Shown: positions 39,977 through 52,951 of the stretch, piece after piece
Numbering within the stretch: position 1 is the first letter of the stretch
Layout: each line of letters opens with the position of its first letter
Assembly: GCA_951406725.2 (NCBI GenBank)
Contig: OX597815.1
Location: forward strand, 17,732,001-17,796,000
Length of the DNA stretch: 64,000 nt
Reading direction: 5' to 3'
Source: Octopus vulgaris
Taxonomy: Eukaryota
Translations under genes and position numbers: made by a program
The notes under the pieces: model-generated
Databases searched by the model: none
Seen by the model: only the letters and a program-made list of their open reading frames with translations
Told to the model about the DNA's origin: nothing

Positions 39977-40033
<57 letters not shown>

Positions 40034-40041
<8 letters not shown>

Positions 40042-40311
40042 GTTGTATACTGTCAATCTAACAAGAACGTGACAGTAGGGGGTACACCACCGTTGTATAG
40101 CCCTAGGAGGCATCGAACGCCTCCTGACAGCTTCGACACATTTTTTCCCTGTGTCCTTATATACATATACGAAGGGGAGACAAACACCCCCGGCCGTCGG
40201 AAATGCATCTAGGGACACCGTGTTTCAGGATCATTGTCCTAGGGCTATACAACGGTGGTGTACCCCCTACTGTCACGTTCTTGTTAGATTGACAATATAC
40301 AACCATTCTAT
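40034..40311. mobile_element. Penelope-like repeat P2 with partial inverted terminal repeat
   Basis: 40034-40107 is inverted at 40237-40311; the 3' half of a hammerhead (GAAA-CACGGTG-TC-CCTAGA, minus 40209-40231) is cut by the inversion; adjoins (TA)n. Confidence 0.75.
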
Positions 40312-40504
40312 CGCCCCACCACCGTACATGTCTCTACGAGAGATTTAGAAATTCAATATTTCTTATATATATATATATATATAAATACATAGTTCTCTCT
40401 TATACACACACGCACCTTCGTGTTGGGGGTCATCTTTACTTTGTTATCTCCCCTACTTTCTTCGCTCTCCTGTGTGACCCTTCTGTCCGGAAGTCGCCAT
40501 TATA

Positions 40505-40684
40505 GATCGCTAGCCACTACACACATTTTTTTTCTCTCCTTGCTTTTTCTGTGTCTCTTTCTGTAGAAGAGCGTAGGCTCGAAACGTAAAATACTTTTTC
40601 TATTCCCGAGCGTTATACTAATACCTCTGTTTGTTTTCTACACCACCTGTCTTCGTCTTTTTTTTGTTTTTTTTCGTGAATTCT

Positions 40685-40690
<6 letters not shown>
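40505..40690 (+). mobile_element. Penelope-like terminal repeat P1 with hammerhead-like motif (40556-40593)
   Basis: TCTTT-CTGTAGA-A-GAGC GTAG GCTC-GAAA-CG-TA-AAATA; ends in (TA)n. Confidence 0.75.
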
Positions 40691-40719
<29 letters not shown>

Positions 40720-41100
40720 GTCTACTTTAAAAGAAAGCAGGCTATCATTGACTTAACAATTTGCAGAGCGACACTAAAAGGATTTGTTGTCACAGAAGGT
40801 TTTGAAAGTTAGTAGAATAATAGCTATACGAATGGGATATCGATATTTTCAGTGAAATTGACTACGCTGATCAAGAAATATTGTGAGCTAGGCCTCAAGG
40901 CAAAAATCTTAGTGATACTAAACTCCTAGAGGAATTAAAGGTCTGTAATTTGGCTTCATTAAAAATCGATCGTGAAACGGAGTTTTCTAATCCGTCGTCA
41001 TATATAAAGCCTGTAAATGCTAAACACCGAAAGTTTAACTAATCTGATGGCGAATTGATTCGACAAGAAGTAAACAGACTTCACAAAGAAGACACAAATC
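40720..41100 (+). pseudogene. Decayed Ty3/Gypsy pol fragment (protease-RT junction)
   Basis: IKPVNAKHRKFN*SDGELIRQEVNRLHKE resembles the segment just before Gypsy RT. Confidence 0.45.
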
Positions 41101-41600
41101 AAGCTAACAATCTCGTCGACGCTGGCATAGGAATATTTTGTTTAGAACCAACAGCAGAAGAAAGTTAGTTTGCCTCAACGAGCCCGCCGAGGGAGACGTG
41201 TTCATATATACAAATTCATAAAGTGCGCACAAGCGTGCATGCGTACATCCACACACACACATGTGTATGTATATATATTTAATCATATCAAAGGGAAATT
41301 GAAAATTAATAGAAATTTTCACTTCCAGTGGCTTAGCATGTAAAAGTTTAGTCCAAAGACTATGTATTACTCATAAAAAACAGTGTGCATATAAACACAT
41401 AAAGAATCCACTCATGGGATTCAAACACGCTAGAAAGAACAGCTAGGTTCTATAACCACAAAAATTAGAGATAAAATTCGACAGGAACGAAATGATAAAA
41501 TAAAAACATTTTACCATCTAATTTCCTGGACCAATTGGTTTCTGATTTTAGTTTAGCAAGTAAATAACTTTTACTCGCGAGGTGAAATCGTTTTCAACAG

Positions 41601-41649
<49 letters not shown>

Positions 41650-43037
41650 TGTACCAATATATATATATATTTATATATATATATATATATATAATAACAA
41701 ATTAATAAATAAAACATATGCATATATACATACATATATGTACGTACCTACATCTACATGTATATATACATGCATATATGGGTACAGGACACCAAAAAAA
41801 CGTCGAACACAATGAGAAACGAAAACATAAACACAAAACCAAGGAAATGGACATTTTTCTTAAACAACGAAAAAATAGAGTACAGGACATACAACACAAG
41901 GAAAATTCCTCTTCTTCAGTCGCCTCTGTTTCATCTACTCCGCGTTTCGAAGGTCAAGGCGAGACACAACTTCTTTGAAACATTCCTTCCCGCAAAAAGC
42001 AAATTAAATAAAATTTGAGATTTTTTTGTGGAGGGGTAAAAATGGTAACAAAAACAGGACAGTAAAGACAGTACAAATTATAAACAGTAAAAGACAGGGC
42101 AAGGAGAATATATATATATATAATTAATGTGGGTAGCTGAGCGCAATATAAGCCGTATAGGCAAAATTCAGACGTCACTAATTGTGACTATATGTGCTAC
42201 AAGCACATACATTGTTAGAAATAGCTGTTAAACCACTTATAGTTGCGAAAAAGCACATTTATATACACGGACAGCGTAGATAACTGCATCATGAGCTTTG
42301 TGGAGTTTGAACACTGAACTGAGCTAGGCAATATTGTGCCGTCACTAATTGTGACTGTATGTGCTACAAGTACATATATTGTTAGTAAGAGCAACACGCA
42401 TACACACACTAACAAACACATATGCACATACACCGGCAGCCTCCAGTTCAAGAACAACAACTCAAAATTTCCCGATAAATTTTCGTAGTAAAACATCAAA
42501 TGTAAGTGTGACGCTTGACTATCTGTTGGTGGTTGTGTGACTACAAAACGTTTGTGTGATTTTGGCAAATTAATACACCAGTCTTTAATATAACTGAAAT
42601 AGCAGTTTATAAAACGTTTGAATTCCGTGAAAGCCTCTTCACATTTCCTATCCTATATCAGTTCTCAAATACATATTATATATAATATTATACTCACATA
42701 CACATATATGTATATAGACGTACACACACAGAGCTAAAATGGAACTTGCTCACAGAATAATTGGATTCAGTTTTGCTGTATGATCGGTTTAATAAGCACA
42801 ATATGTAAATATACTATGAAAGTGAGCTAATTCGGTTGGGAAATATCTGCATCTCATCTCACGTTCTACTCTTGAGTCAAACACTACTTGATATTTCTTG
42901 CTAGAAACCTATGCCTATTACGGTGGTTTTAATGATGCGATATCTTGGTCATCAACAGAAGAAAACTCCGTGTTGTACTACGTATAACTAACATATAACA
43001 AACTATAAATTATTTTCATAATAACTCAAAAATAGAC

Positions 43038-43275
43038 GGTGGATGTGCGTGGCTTAGTGAGTCGGATTCATGATCGTGTAATTGTGGTTTCGATTCCTGG
43101 ACCGGGCGATGCGTTGTGTTCTTCATCAAAACACTTTATTTCACGTTACTCCAGTCCACTCAGCTGGCAAAAACGAGTAATCCTGCGATGAATCGACGTC
43201 TCATCCTGGTGGGGAATATATACGCTACGGAAACTGGGAAACCGGCCCTTTGAATTTATATGACTCGGGAATGAT
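43038..43275 (+). mobile_element. Older tRNA-derived SINE with V-like central domain
   Basis: Head related to family B (gtttcgattcctggaccgggcg), then ccagtccactcagctg…cctgcgatg…catcctgg…ctacggaaac. Confidence 0.65.
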
Positions 43276-43524
43276 CGTTATCTTTTTTTTTTTTAAATCC
43301 CAAAATAGATATGTATTAAACAATAGAGTTTATATAACCTTGCTTTTAGCATTAATAGCTGTTGTTTAATCCTCGGTCCCACCTAATTGTAAGGACTTAT
43401 GATCAAAGACTTTCTAGCTGTCACCAGTCGCGTTTTGTAAAACAAACTACATTTTTAAAAGCAGACTTGTTTACTGAAGACATCAAGGTGTAATTTGAAG
43501 GTGATTTGATTTCTATATTTAGTA

Positions 43525-43899
43525 CAAGCAGTATCGCCCGGCGTTGCTCGGGTTTGTAAGGGAAATAACTATAAAGCATTTTTAGAGAGTTATAGCCAAA
43601 AAATAGCAAAAAAATGGGGGGAAAATGATAGTAAATTTTTTTTTGAGAGTTAAAAAGGTCCCCTAGACAGTCTGTGGTTTGTGTTTCTTATTCTCGACCC
43701 CATGTCGAATTTATCGATGTTTTTCAGAACTGGGGGAACTTTTCAAAATTTTCTCTGCGTTAGTTTTGAATTATGACATTGGGCTATGTGTGTGTCAAGT
43801 TTCATCAGAATCGGTTGAAAGCCGTGGTCAGGGTGAGGGTACAACCTAACAGACACACAGGCACGCAGACAGACAAACTGCCGTTTATATATAGAGAGA
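43525..43899 (-). mobile_element. Non-autonomous Helitron
   Basis: Same family as 31780 and 54945 copies; 5' TC at 43899; CTAG end mutated. Confidence 0.85.
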
Positions 43900-44580
43900 T
43901 ATTGGTTCATCTGAACGTCGGTAAATCCTTTTGAAGTGATATAGCCATTCATATGATTAAGGAGAGAAACAGATCCTCCGGAACAGAGTTTCCCTACCTC
44001 TCATTTTTTTTAATATTTTGGTGAAACCTTGAAAGACATTCCATGTCTCGGGGTGTCCCTACATAAAAAATTATTATGTATCTTTATTAATCTATTTATT
44101 TCTCTTTTAGAAAGCTAAATTTCATAAAATTTTCGAGAAATCCCCAAACCATTTTCTAAAGTTTGGACCGTGGTTAATCCACCAGTCACCACAAAAAGGA
44201 GTTTAATAAACTTAATCTTAACTCAAACCTTTTTTTAAGACTAAATTTCTTCATAATTCACAGTTAAAAGGTTATTTACCTCGTCTGATCTCTTTGCTAT
44301 CTACGGATGCGAAAATTCCTCTACCTTGCGGAATATGTGATCCACATATAATAAAATTATGAATAAAAACTTAAGCAGAAAAACGAATGAAAAAAATATG
44401 TATTTGCATATAATTAACAATTTTATCAGAGTTTCAAGAGGAGGCTCTAGTGAAACCTGAGGTCTCAAGGGAACCAAATTTGGGAAATGCTACTTCAGAA
44501 GCTAATGATGTTGTAATATAAACGACTTACATATAAATCCTTTAGAGGGGATAATTATTACTGATTAATTGAATAACTCA

Positions 44581-44942
44581 ATTCTGTTGTGTCTGGGAAG
44601 AGTCATTTTCTTTTTGTGCCTTATAATGTAACACACTCATCGGTAAAATTTCCACTTTTTTCTTATTTTTATTGTCCTAAAATTTTCGTTGCGTCTTGCA
44701 ACCTTTTCAATAGTTTTGACTCTAAAACAATAGTTTTGACTCCTTTTCGTTGCGTCTTGCAACCTTTTCAATAGTTTTGACTCTCTAAAACTATTGTTTT
44801 AGAGTCAAAACTATTGAAAAGGTTACAAGACGCAACGAAAATTTTAGGACAATAAAAATAAGAAAAAGTGGAAATTTTACCGGAGAGTGTGTTACTTTAT
44901 AAGGCAAAAAAAGAAAATGACTCACCCCAGACACAACAGAAT
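44581..44942. repeat. Long palindrome (about 150-bp arms) with duplicated centre and decayed hammerhead-like motif
   Basis: About 44581-44736 is inverted at about 44787-44942; contains TTGAAAAG-GTT(A/G)C AAGAC GCAAC-GAAA-ATTT-TA. Confidence 0.7.
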
Positions 44943-45402
44943 ATGCTTCAACACACGAACTCATATAAAGAATCTTGCAAACCAAATCTAAAAACGAAAT
45001 ATGAATAACTAAATGTTCTCCAAGTCAACATATGGAGGCTGGTTATTTTATAAGGAACACAGAGGTTAATTGAGTATCTTCCATTTGGATCACAGTAAAT
45101 ACGATAGTAGTGATCACTTAGCGTATTAAAATTCATCAGCTAATACAATCTTAACACAAAAATCACTACACCGCACTAAAAATAAAAGCAAGATCAATAC
45201 AGTTTTTGCTGAACACGAAAACAATAAAAGCTTCCCGGTGAGAGATATTTACCTAAAATATGTGATGCTGTTTTTTGTCGCCCTTCTAGTATTATATTCC
45301 TAAACAAACTAAACGATAGATAGTTCCAATATTTAGAAAAGCAAGAGTTTGTATGACACGTGTGCACTTATAACCCGCAGTGTATTGCACTCAATATGAA
45401 TA

Positions 45403-45760
45403 GCGGTCATAGGATCGCGGTTTCGATTCCCAGACCGGGCGTTGTGAGTGTTTATTGAGCGAAAACACCTAAAAGCTCCACGACGCTCCGGCAGGGGATG
45501 GTGGTGATCCCTGCTGTACTCTTTCACCACAACTTTCTCTCACTCTTACTTCCTGTTTCTGTTGTACCTGTATTTCAAGGGGCCGGCCTTGTCACTCTCT
45601 GTGTCACGCTGAATATCCCCGAGAACTACGTTAAGGGTGCACGTGTCTGTGGAGTGCTCAGCCACTTGCACGTTAATTTCACAAGCAGGCTGTTCCGTTG
45701 ATTCGGATCAACCGGAACCCTCATCGTCGTAACCGACGGAGTGCTTCCAAAGTGCTTCCA
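45403..45760 (+). mobile_element. SINE family B, 5'-truncated
   Basis: Matches the 1601 copy from gcggtcatagg onward. Confidence 0.9.
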
Positions 45761-46215
45761 AAAATGCACTTGATATATCTTCGGTAACTCAATTTTCTAC
45801 ATCCAAAGCAGATTATTATTAAAAACAGATTTCAAGATTGTCGAGAAATAAGCTTGGAACTTTGTAATATACTAATCAATCACGTACTAAACTATGCAGT
45901 GATCTCGCAAAACATTCATCACACACGCATATATATAATTATATCCACTTACAAGTGGATATAATTCATGATTAAATACCATAAATGCACACGTGAATAT
46001 GTCTTAGAGTAAAGTTTGCACATTCAAACTGTATAATCAAATAAACAGAAACTCTTTTTCTTTTTTTAACTATGTTTGTTGTATTAATTTAGTTGCATCA
46101 GTCTTTAAAGAAATAACTAATTGAGATTTTTCTCGTTAATTTCCTGCTTTAGTAAGTGGCCATCCAACATATAGATTTAATTCCAGGAAATAGTTTTAAA
46201 AATATACTATTAAGT

Positions 46216-46249
<34 letters not shown>

Positions 46250-46887
46250 CCAAAATGATTATTAAAAAAATACGATCTGAGCAATTTTCATCATTAAATA
46301 TAATAGTAGTCATTACTTTAGACAAAATAATGTCAGGATACATTGTCTCGAAATAGGATTCTTGTTTTAATGTTTAATAATTATTAAGAAGCACCAATGC
46401 ATATCACTTTGGTTGGAATAATTGAGCCAAAGGCAATTCAGTTAATATTTTTCGTTAGAGTCGGTCAGAAACGCTTCAAACGAAAGATTAATTAATCTAA
46501 TTAGTCGCACTGCTCCCGAAGCTTTTGAGCCTTGTTTTTAGATGTTGAATATGGATCGATTATAAAGAAACAACAATCCCACAATTTATTTAAAATTACA
46601 AACGGCAGTCATAAACCAGTGATAAAACAAAATAGCTACTTGTAAACGTCACACTTCGCTAGTAAATCTCATACCAGGTTAAATGTTTACGGATACATAT
46701 TGTTCTGATTTTTAAAGTTACTTTTCTTTTTTTTTTTAAGGAAACAGAGAGAAGTAGAATACTTGTGACCCCAAGTTAATCATACACGCTTTAAATTAAA
46801 ATTAGGATTGAGAAAATGAGGACCGGTATTATACGGGGAAAAAAAACCCCATGAAACTATTTGATCTATTTCACAATTTAAAAAATA

Positions 46888-47070
46888 TCATCTGCTGTGG
46901 AAACCTTCAGAGGAGAGGACTCTGTTGCAAGCATTTGGACCTCTCCCCTTGATTACACCATGGCTCCATTCTTTCCTGCAGAAATTGACTGGCATGTGTT
47001 CTGGATAGGCATCAGACACACGAGCCTCGCCAATCTGTGATGATGTCATACTTGCAGTTCCTTTCTCCAC
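46888..47070 (-). pseudogene. Possible decayed RTE-type LINE 3' fragment
   Basis: GC-richer patch with weak resemblance to RLAGHVxRMP…RGRGRP across frameshifts. Confidence 0.25.
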
Positions 47071-47604
47071 ACAGTTTCACATTTAAAACTAGCTAATGAT
47101 AGATGGATGGCATGGCTTTCTTCTAGATCTAGATATGTAGTACCAATAACATTCCGAGCGAAACAAGTGCAACTTAAACCTTTGACAAAAAACGAATCAT
47201 GTTTTTAGGAGAAACCGTAACAGGCTTACGGAAAAAGGTATTAGAATAAGGTTTTGTCCTCTGCAATATGTCAACAGCAGACAGACGAAGGTTTGTATGT
47301 GTGTGTGAATGTATACGTATATTTATGTTTACAGGTGTGAATTTCTTTAAAATCAATACGTACCATTTTGTTTTCAATCCTTTCATGTATTTCTTTTTAT
47401 GAAAAGAGTGAAAAATATTTTTCGCAAAATTTCAAACATAAATTTGCAGTTTCATTTTGAGCAAAATAGCCGCCACTCTTGTGGTTAAAAAACCGCAATA
47501 GAGTCTGTTCGAACGGACAGCCATGTTGAGGTGGCTACGAATATTACTTGTCAGTACAACTACTGCGTTGATCTCCTAGAGACATTTCAGAACTAGCAAT
47601 TTTG

Positions 47605-47653
<49 letters not shown>

Positions 47654-48190
47654 TATAATAATACTCTTGTGTTTTTCTCCGTTACAACATATGAATGAGA
47701 AAGGAAGGGGTGATAGATAAATAAGGAATGAGGGGGTGAGGGTAAATGTGGTAGTGGGATGATGAATAAAATCAAACAGATTTTCAACTCTGTGTGAGTA
47801 TGTAAAAGGGAGGTGTGTGTGTGTACAAGGGAAGTATGTAAACGTTTGTATGTGTGAACCAGCGTTCTTTCAGTAACAAACGATGATCAATGTCACATCT
47901 CAAAAGACAACCACTAGATAACATTGACAAGTGTATTAATTCGATTTACCATCATTATTCTATGTTTTGTTAAAAATAATTATTACCATCACACACACCT
48001 ACATAAACATACAAACTCATTAGAATAAATAATTATTGCCTGGGTGTATCAAGAATATAAAACGATTGCAGTTGGAAGGTACATTATAAATTTAATAATA
48101 AAAGAATTATTAAACTAAAAACTTGGCTTTGTACCTTATTTATACATAAAATACTACAATTAGCCGTCATTTTTTACGGCACAGGGCCGG

Positions 48191-48242
<52 letters not shown>

Positions 48243-48245
<3 letters not shown>

Positions 48246-48420
48246 AGAGTTTACGAAAAAAAAAAACAAAAGACGAAGACATGTGGTGTACAAAACAAAC
48301 AGATGTATTAGTATAACGCTCAGGAATTGAAAAAGTCTTTTACGTTTTGAGCCTACCCTCTTCTACAGAAAGGAACACAGAAAAAACAAGGAGAGAAAAA
48401 ATGTGTGTCGTGGCTAACGA
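48243..48420 (-). mobile_element. Penelope-like terminal repeat P1
   Basis: Matches 26054-26230; hammerhead-like motif at 48336-48372 has GAAA changed to AAAA; abuts (TA)n. Confidence 0.75.
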
Positions 48421-48574
48421 TCTATCATGGCATCTGATATATTATCAGCGTCACTACATTCTCTCTAGAGGGAATGAAATGACGTTGATTATAAATGTAA
48501 CAAATATAAATTGGATTAAGAAAATACCTTGCATGCCTTCTACATGACTAAATACGAATACAGCATACCTTTTT

Positions 48575-48833
48575 ACTCTATTTTATTATTTTGTTTCAGT
48601 CATTTGACTGCGGCCATGCTGGAGCACCGCCTTTAGTTGACCAAATCGACCTCAGGACTTATTCCTTGTAAGCCTAGTACTTATTCTATCGGCCTCTTTT
48701 GCCGAACCGCTAAGTTATGGTGACGTAAACACACCAGCATCGGTTGTCAGGCGATGTCGTGGGAGGGACAAACACAGACACACAAACATATACACACACA
48801 CACATACACACACACACACACATACATACATAT

Positions 48834-48864
<31 letters not shown>

Positions 48865-49076
48865 CGCACACACACACATATACACACACACAAACACACA
48901 TATATACATATATCGGATGGGCTTCTTTCAGTTTCCGTCTACCAAATCCACTCACAAGGCCTTGACCGGCCCGAGACTATAGTAGAAGACACTTGCCCAA
49001 GGTGCCACGCAGTGGGAATGAACCCGGAACCGTGTAGTTGGTAAGCAAGCTACTTACCACACAACCACTCCTATGC
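48575..49076 (-). mobile_element. SINE family A, full length
   Basis: Colinear with 22085-22639. Confidence 0.88.
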
Positions 49077-49939
49077 TTATAGGGAACAAAAAAAAGAAAG
49101 AAAGAAAGCACATTACATAAAGTTATCTTAGATATATAGAATGAAATAGTCAGAGGTGGAAAACGTTTGGCCTAAGAACTACTGGATCCAGACTGATCTG
49201 GAGCTAAATAACAACCAGACGTTTTGGAAGACGATTGACAAAAACGTAATTCTTGTGTTGACCAAAATTCTTATCTCATCAGAGTAATTCATTTTGTAGC
49301 AATGATATTTCGTTTAGCTGACAAAATAAACATGTGACAAGCCATTATCTTCAGATATGTAGGAGGAAGAAGTAGCGGTTTATGTGGGAGTGTAAATGAA
49401 AGCTGGTGATTTCTAGTTAAATTAACATGGTTTATCTTCAACGAAAATGAATTAGCTGCTAACGTCTCGCAGAATAAAAGAAATCAGTTTTTTTTTTCTT
49501 TTATTTATTTCCGTTTTTTTATTTTGCTTCTGTCATTAAAGCTCGCTCTAAATCTATAAAGCCGAAGATACCTTGCATTATAGCTTAGCGTCAAACCTTA
49601 CAATGACTAACGATACATTACACATTTGATAAAAAACAAAACTAAAAGAAAATGACTATTTTATTAATGAGCTGTTTCGACAAATGGAAAATAGAAGAAA
49701 CTGAACATAAAATGTTTATTAGATAAATTTATCATCACAAATAGTTGGCTTAAGAACTGGGTTTCCAAAGTAGTATATTTATTTATAAGCAAATGAAATA
49801 TGAATTATTGTTACCAAAAAAATGGAATTTCTGATAAATCTAACGTTTTAAAAGTGCAAATAAAAAGAAAAAGGAAGTTCGTAATTGAAATATATTTCTG
49901 TATTTTAACTGGGGTTTGAAAATTAGCCAGAGTTACTTA

Positions 49940-50304
49940 CCTATTTCTTTATTACCCACAAGGGGCTAAACATAGACGGGACAAACAAGGACAGACAAAG
50001 GTATTAAGTCGATATTATCGACCCCCAGTGCGTAACTGGTACTTAATTTATCGACCCCGAAAGGATGAAAGGCAAAGTCGACCTCGGCGGAATTTGAACT
50101 CAGAACGTAGCGGCAGACGAAATACCTATTTCTTTATTGCCCACAAGGGGCTAAACATAGACGGGACAGACAAGGACAGACAAAGGTATTAAGTCGATTA
50201 CATCGACCCCCAGTGCGTAACTGGTACTTGATTTATCGACCCCGAAGGGATGAAAGGCAAAGTCGACCTCGGCGGAATTTGAACTCACAACGTAGCGGCA
50301 GACG
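49940..50304 (-). mobile_element. SINE family C dimer lacking the head
   Basis: Two units with the standard aaagaaatag|gtatttcg junction. Confidence 0.88.
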
Positions 50305-50871
50305 TACCAAGAGTACTTGGTAATACTCTGAGGGCAAGTTCTAAGGGTTAAAATTACTAGCCGATTCAACCAATTCTATTAGCAACTCAAACGAACTTCA
50401 AAAGGTGCAAAAAGCCCCCTAAACCTATTGAGAAATATGTCAATCTATTTATTAACAATCCTGTAATTATGTTTATCAAAGCAAAGGCTTTTACGCACCT
50501 CGACACTTATAACGGGATGAAGCGTTTCATAAAGATATTTCATAACATTTTCACACACACACTTCGTTTTGACACTATCTGCTAACAATTTAATTTAATT
50601 CAGGGACTTTGCATCATTATCTGAATGTATTAATTCATAACCTGTAACCATCGCAAATAACATTCAGATGTGTTGTTCTGCTTTTCAGATCCCTGGCCCT
50701 TTTGATTAAACCGACAGACCCGTGATCAAAACGTATTCTGGCGTGACCATCTCGTCTTGTTTTTCAATTACATGCACGAAGAACGATATTATCCAAAAGG
50801 CCTTTTTTTTTCTAAGGCTCCAGAATGTTATTCCAAAGACTTGGTTGTTAAATACGATTACAGCACACCTT

Positions 50872-51132
50872 CTTACTCTATTTTATTCTTTTGTTTCAGT
50901 CATTCGACTGCGGCCATGCTGGATCACCGCCTTTAGTCGAACAAATCGACCCCCGAGACTTATTCTTTGTAAGCCTAGTACTTATTCTATCGGCCTCTTT
51001 TGCCGAACCATTAAGTTACGGGGCGGCAAGCACAACACCATCGGTTGTCAAGCGATGTTGAGGGAACAAACACAGACACACAAACATATACACACACATA
51101 CATATATAGGATGGGCTTCCTTCAGTTTCCGT
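50872..51132 (-). mobile_element. SINE family A, 5'-truncated
   Basis: Matches the 3' portion of 48575-49076. Confidence 0.85.
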
Positions 51133-51636
51133 AAACACTTAGATGCTCTCTCACTAACTTTACTGTGTATATTACCATAAAAATACAGTAAATATTTTGT
51201 ACCATGGCTTGACAGTGGATATCGTTGAAGTAGTAGTTAAAAATTCGATTAAATACTTAGTTTTCTACTCTGTATTCTAAGTTCATGTCCAAGTAGTATG
51301 TAACAGGTTTCCATCACTCTGCGACGGATATAACAGGTTCTTGAAATATGGCAAAACTTTACAATTCTCATATATTTTGTCGTCGAAAGAAATCAATATA
51401 TTGCAGCATGCAAAAGCAATTTCTAAAACGAATTAAATTGGTATGTGATAACAGTCACTTCTCACTTGTAATATCTTCATATTCTGGTATATAAAAACAG
51501 AAACAGCCTGTATTTATTCTGCAAGTCTACATTGCGATTCAATCAAAGTAATTACACGACCAACGAGAAATAGTAGTTATGATAGCGTCAATCTCGTGTA
51601 GTCTCTTTTAAAAAAAAGAACACATTGGGTAATGTA

Positions 51637-51869
51637 TATTTCTTTATTGCCCACAAGGAGCTAAACATAGAGGGGACAAACAAGGACAGACAAACGGATT
51701 AAGTCGATTACATCGACCCCAGTGCGTAACTGGTACTTTATTTATCTACCCCGAAAGGATGAAAGGCAAAGCCGACCTCGGCGGAATTTGAACTCAGAAC
51801 GTAGCGGCAGATGAAATACTGCTAAGCATTTCGCTTGGCATGCTAACGTTTCTGCCAGCTCGCCGCCTT
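51637..51869 (-). mobile_element. SINE family C monomer
   Basis: TSD cacattgggtaatgta on both sides. Confidence 0.9.
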
Positions 51870-51974
51870 CACATTGGGTAATGTAGTTCTAGATACACTA
51901 TGTTCAAACGAAAGATGAGATGGTCAAGAATAGAGAGCATTTGACTGCAGGTCTGCCTGATCGGAGTTGACTTG

Positions 51975-52199
51975 AGCTCGCAGAAACGTTAGCACGGCGG
52001 GTGAAATGCGTAGCCGAATTTCGTCTGCCTAAACGTTCTGAGTTCAAATTCCGCCGAGATTGACTTTACCTTTCATCCTTTCAGGGTCGATAAATTAAGT
52101 ACCAGTTACGCACTGGGGTCGATGTAATCGACTTAATCCGTTTGTCTGTTCTTGTTTGTCCCCTCTGTGTTTAGCCCCTTGTGGGTAGTAAAGAAATAG
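51975..52199 (+). mobile_element. SINE family C monomer
   Basis: Head plus one unit, head-to-head with 51637-51869. Confidence 0.88.
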
Positions 52200-52499
52200 A
52201 AACAATGACAGCAATTAAAGGAAAATTTGGCGCAAAATCAACCGATGTTATTGACAAAAATGTGTGACAAGCTAATCCAGTCTTTGCTGACGTCACAATA
52301 TTAATAATTGCTTGTAATTTTAACACAAGGCCAGCAATTTTTAGGTGAGGGATTTGTTGAAACTATTGTTCTTCCTACGAATCGATAAGCTAAAGTACTT
52401 CGGCGGGAATAGAACTAGGAACGTTGAGAACCAAAAGGAATACTACAAACCATTCTTTCGACCATTCTACCAATCCTGCCTTCTTTGACAACGCTAATA

Positions 52500-52680
52500 A
52501 GCCATTCTAATACAAGCACAAGACCTGAAATTTCGGGATAGGTGGTGGGGGGGGGTAGTAGTCGATTGCATCTACCCCAGTATTTGCCTGGTGCTTATTT
52601 TATCGACTTGGCATAAATGAAAGGCTAAGTCCGTTTCGGCGGAATTTGAACTCAGAACGTAAAAGCGGAAGAAATACTGA
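52500..52680 (-). mobile_element. Older SINE family C relative with alternative tail
   Basis: cggcggaatttgaactcagaacgt and a tail resembling 2426-2480. Confidence 0.6.
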
Positions 52681-52951
52681 CAAAGCAATTTGAAAACACT
52701 AATTAATAAAGTCAAGTTCTAAAATATTTTATCCTACTTAATTAATATTCAGGTTAATTAAAGCAGAGGCAATCTTTAAAGTTATATAGTTTTACTAACA
52801 TTACATTCTGATATTGTAAGACAAGGTACAAGTTTTGATGAAGTACCAGTAAATAGAATATTAACAATATTGCTGCTTTTATTTCTAAACTAATGCACAC
52901 CGTCTTAGACCATCACGACGTTACCAATTCTTGTTTCCTGCTATTATTCTC

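Noticed and set aside
41780-42100. Possible further Penelope-like terminal repeat (minus-strand GAAACGCG and CTGAAGA)
   Set aside because: Core halves are in the wrong order for type I and I could not close the stems.
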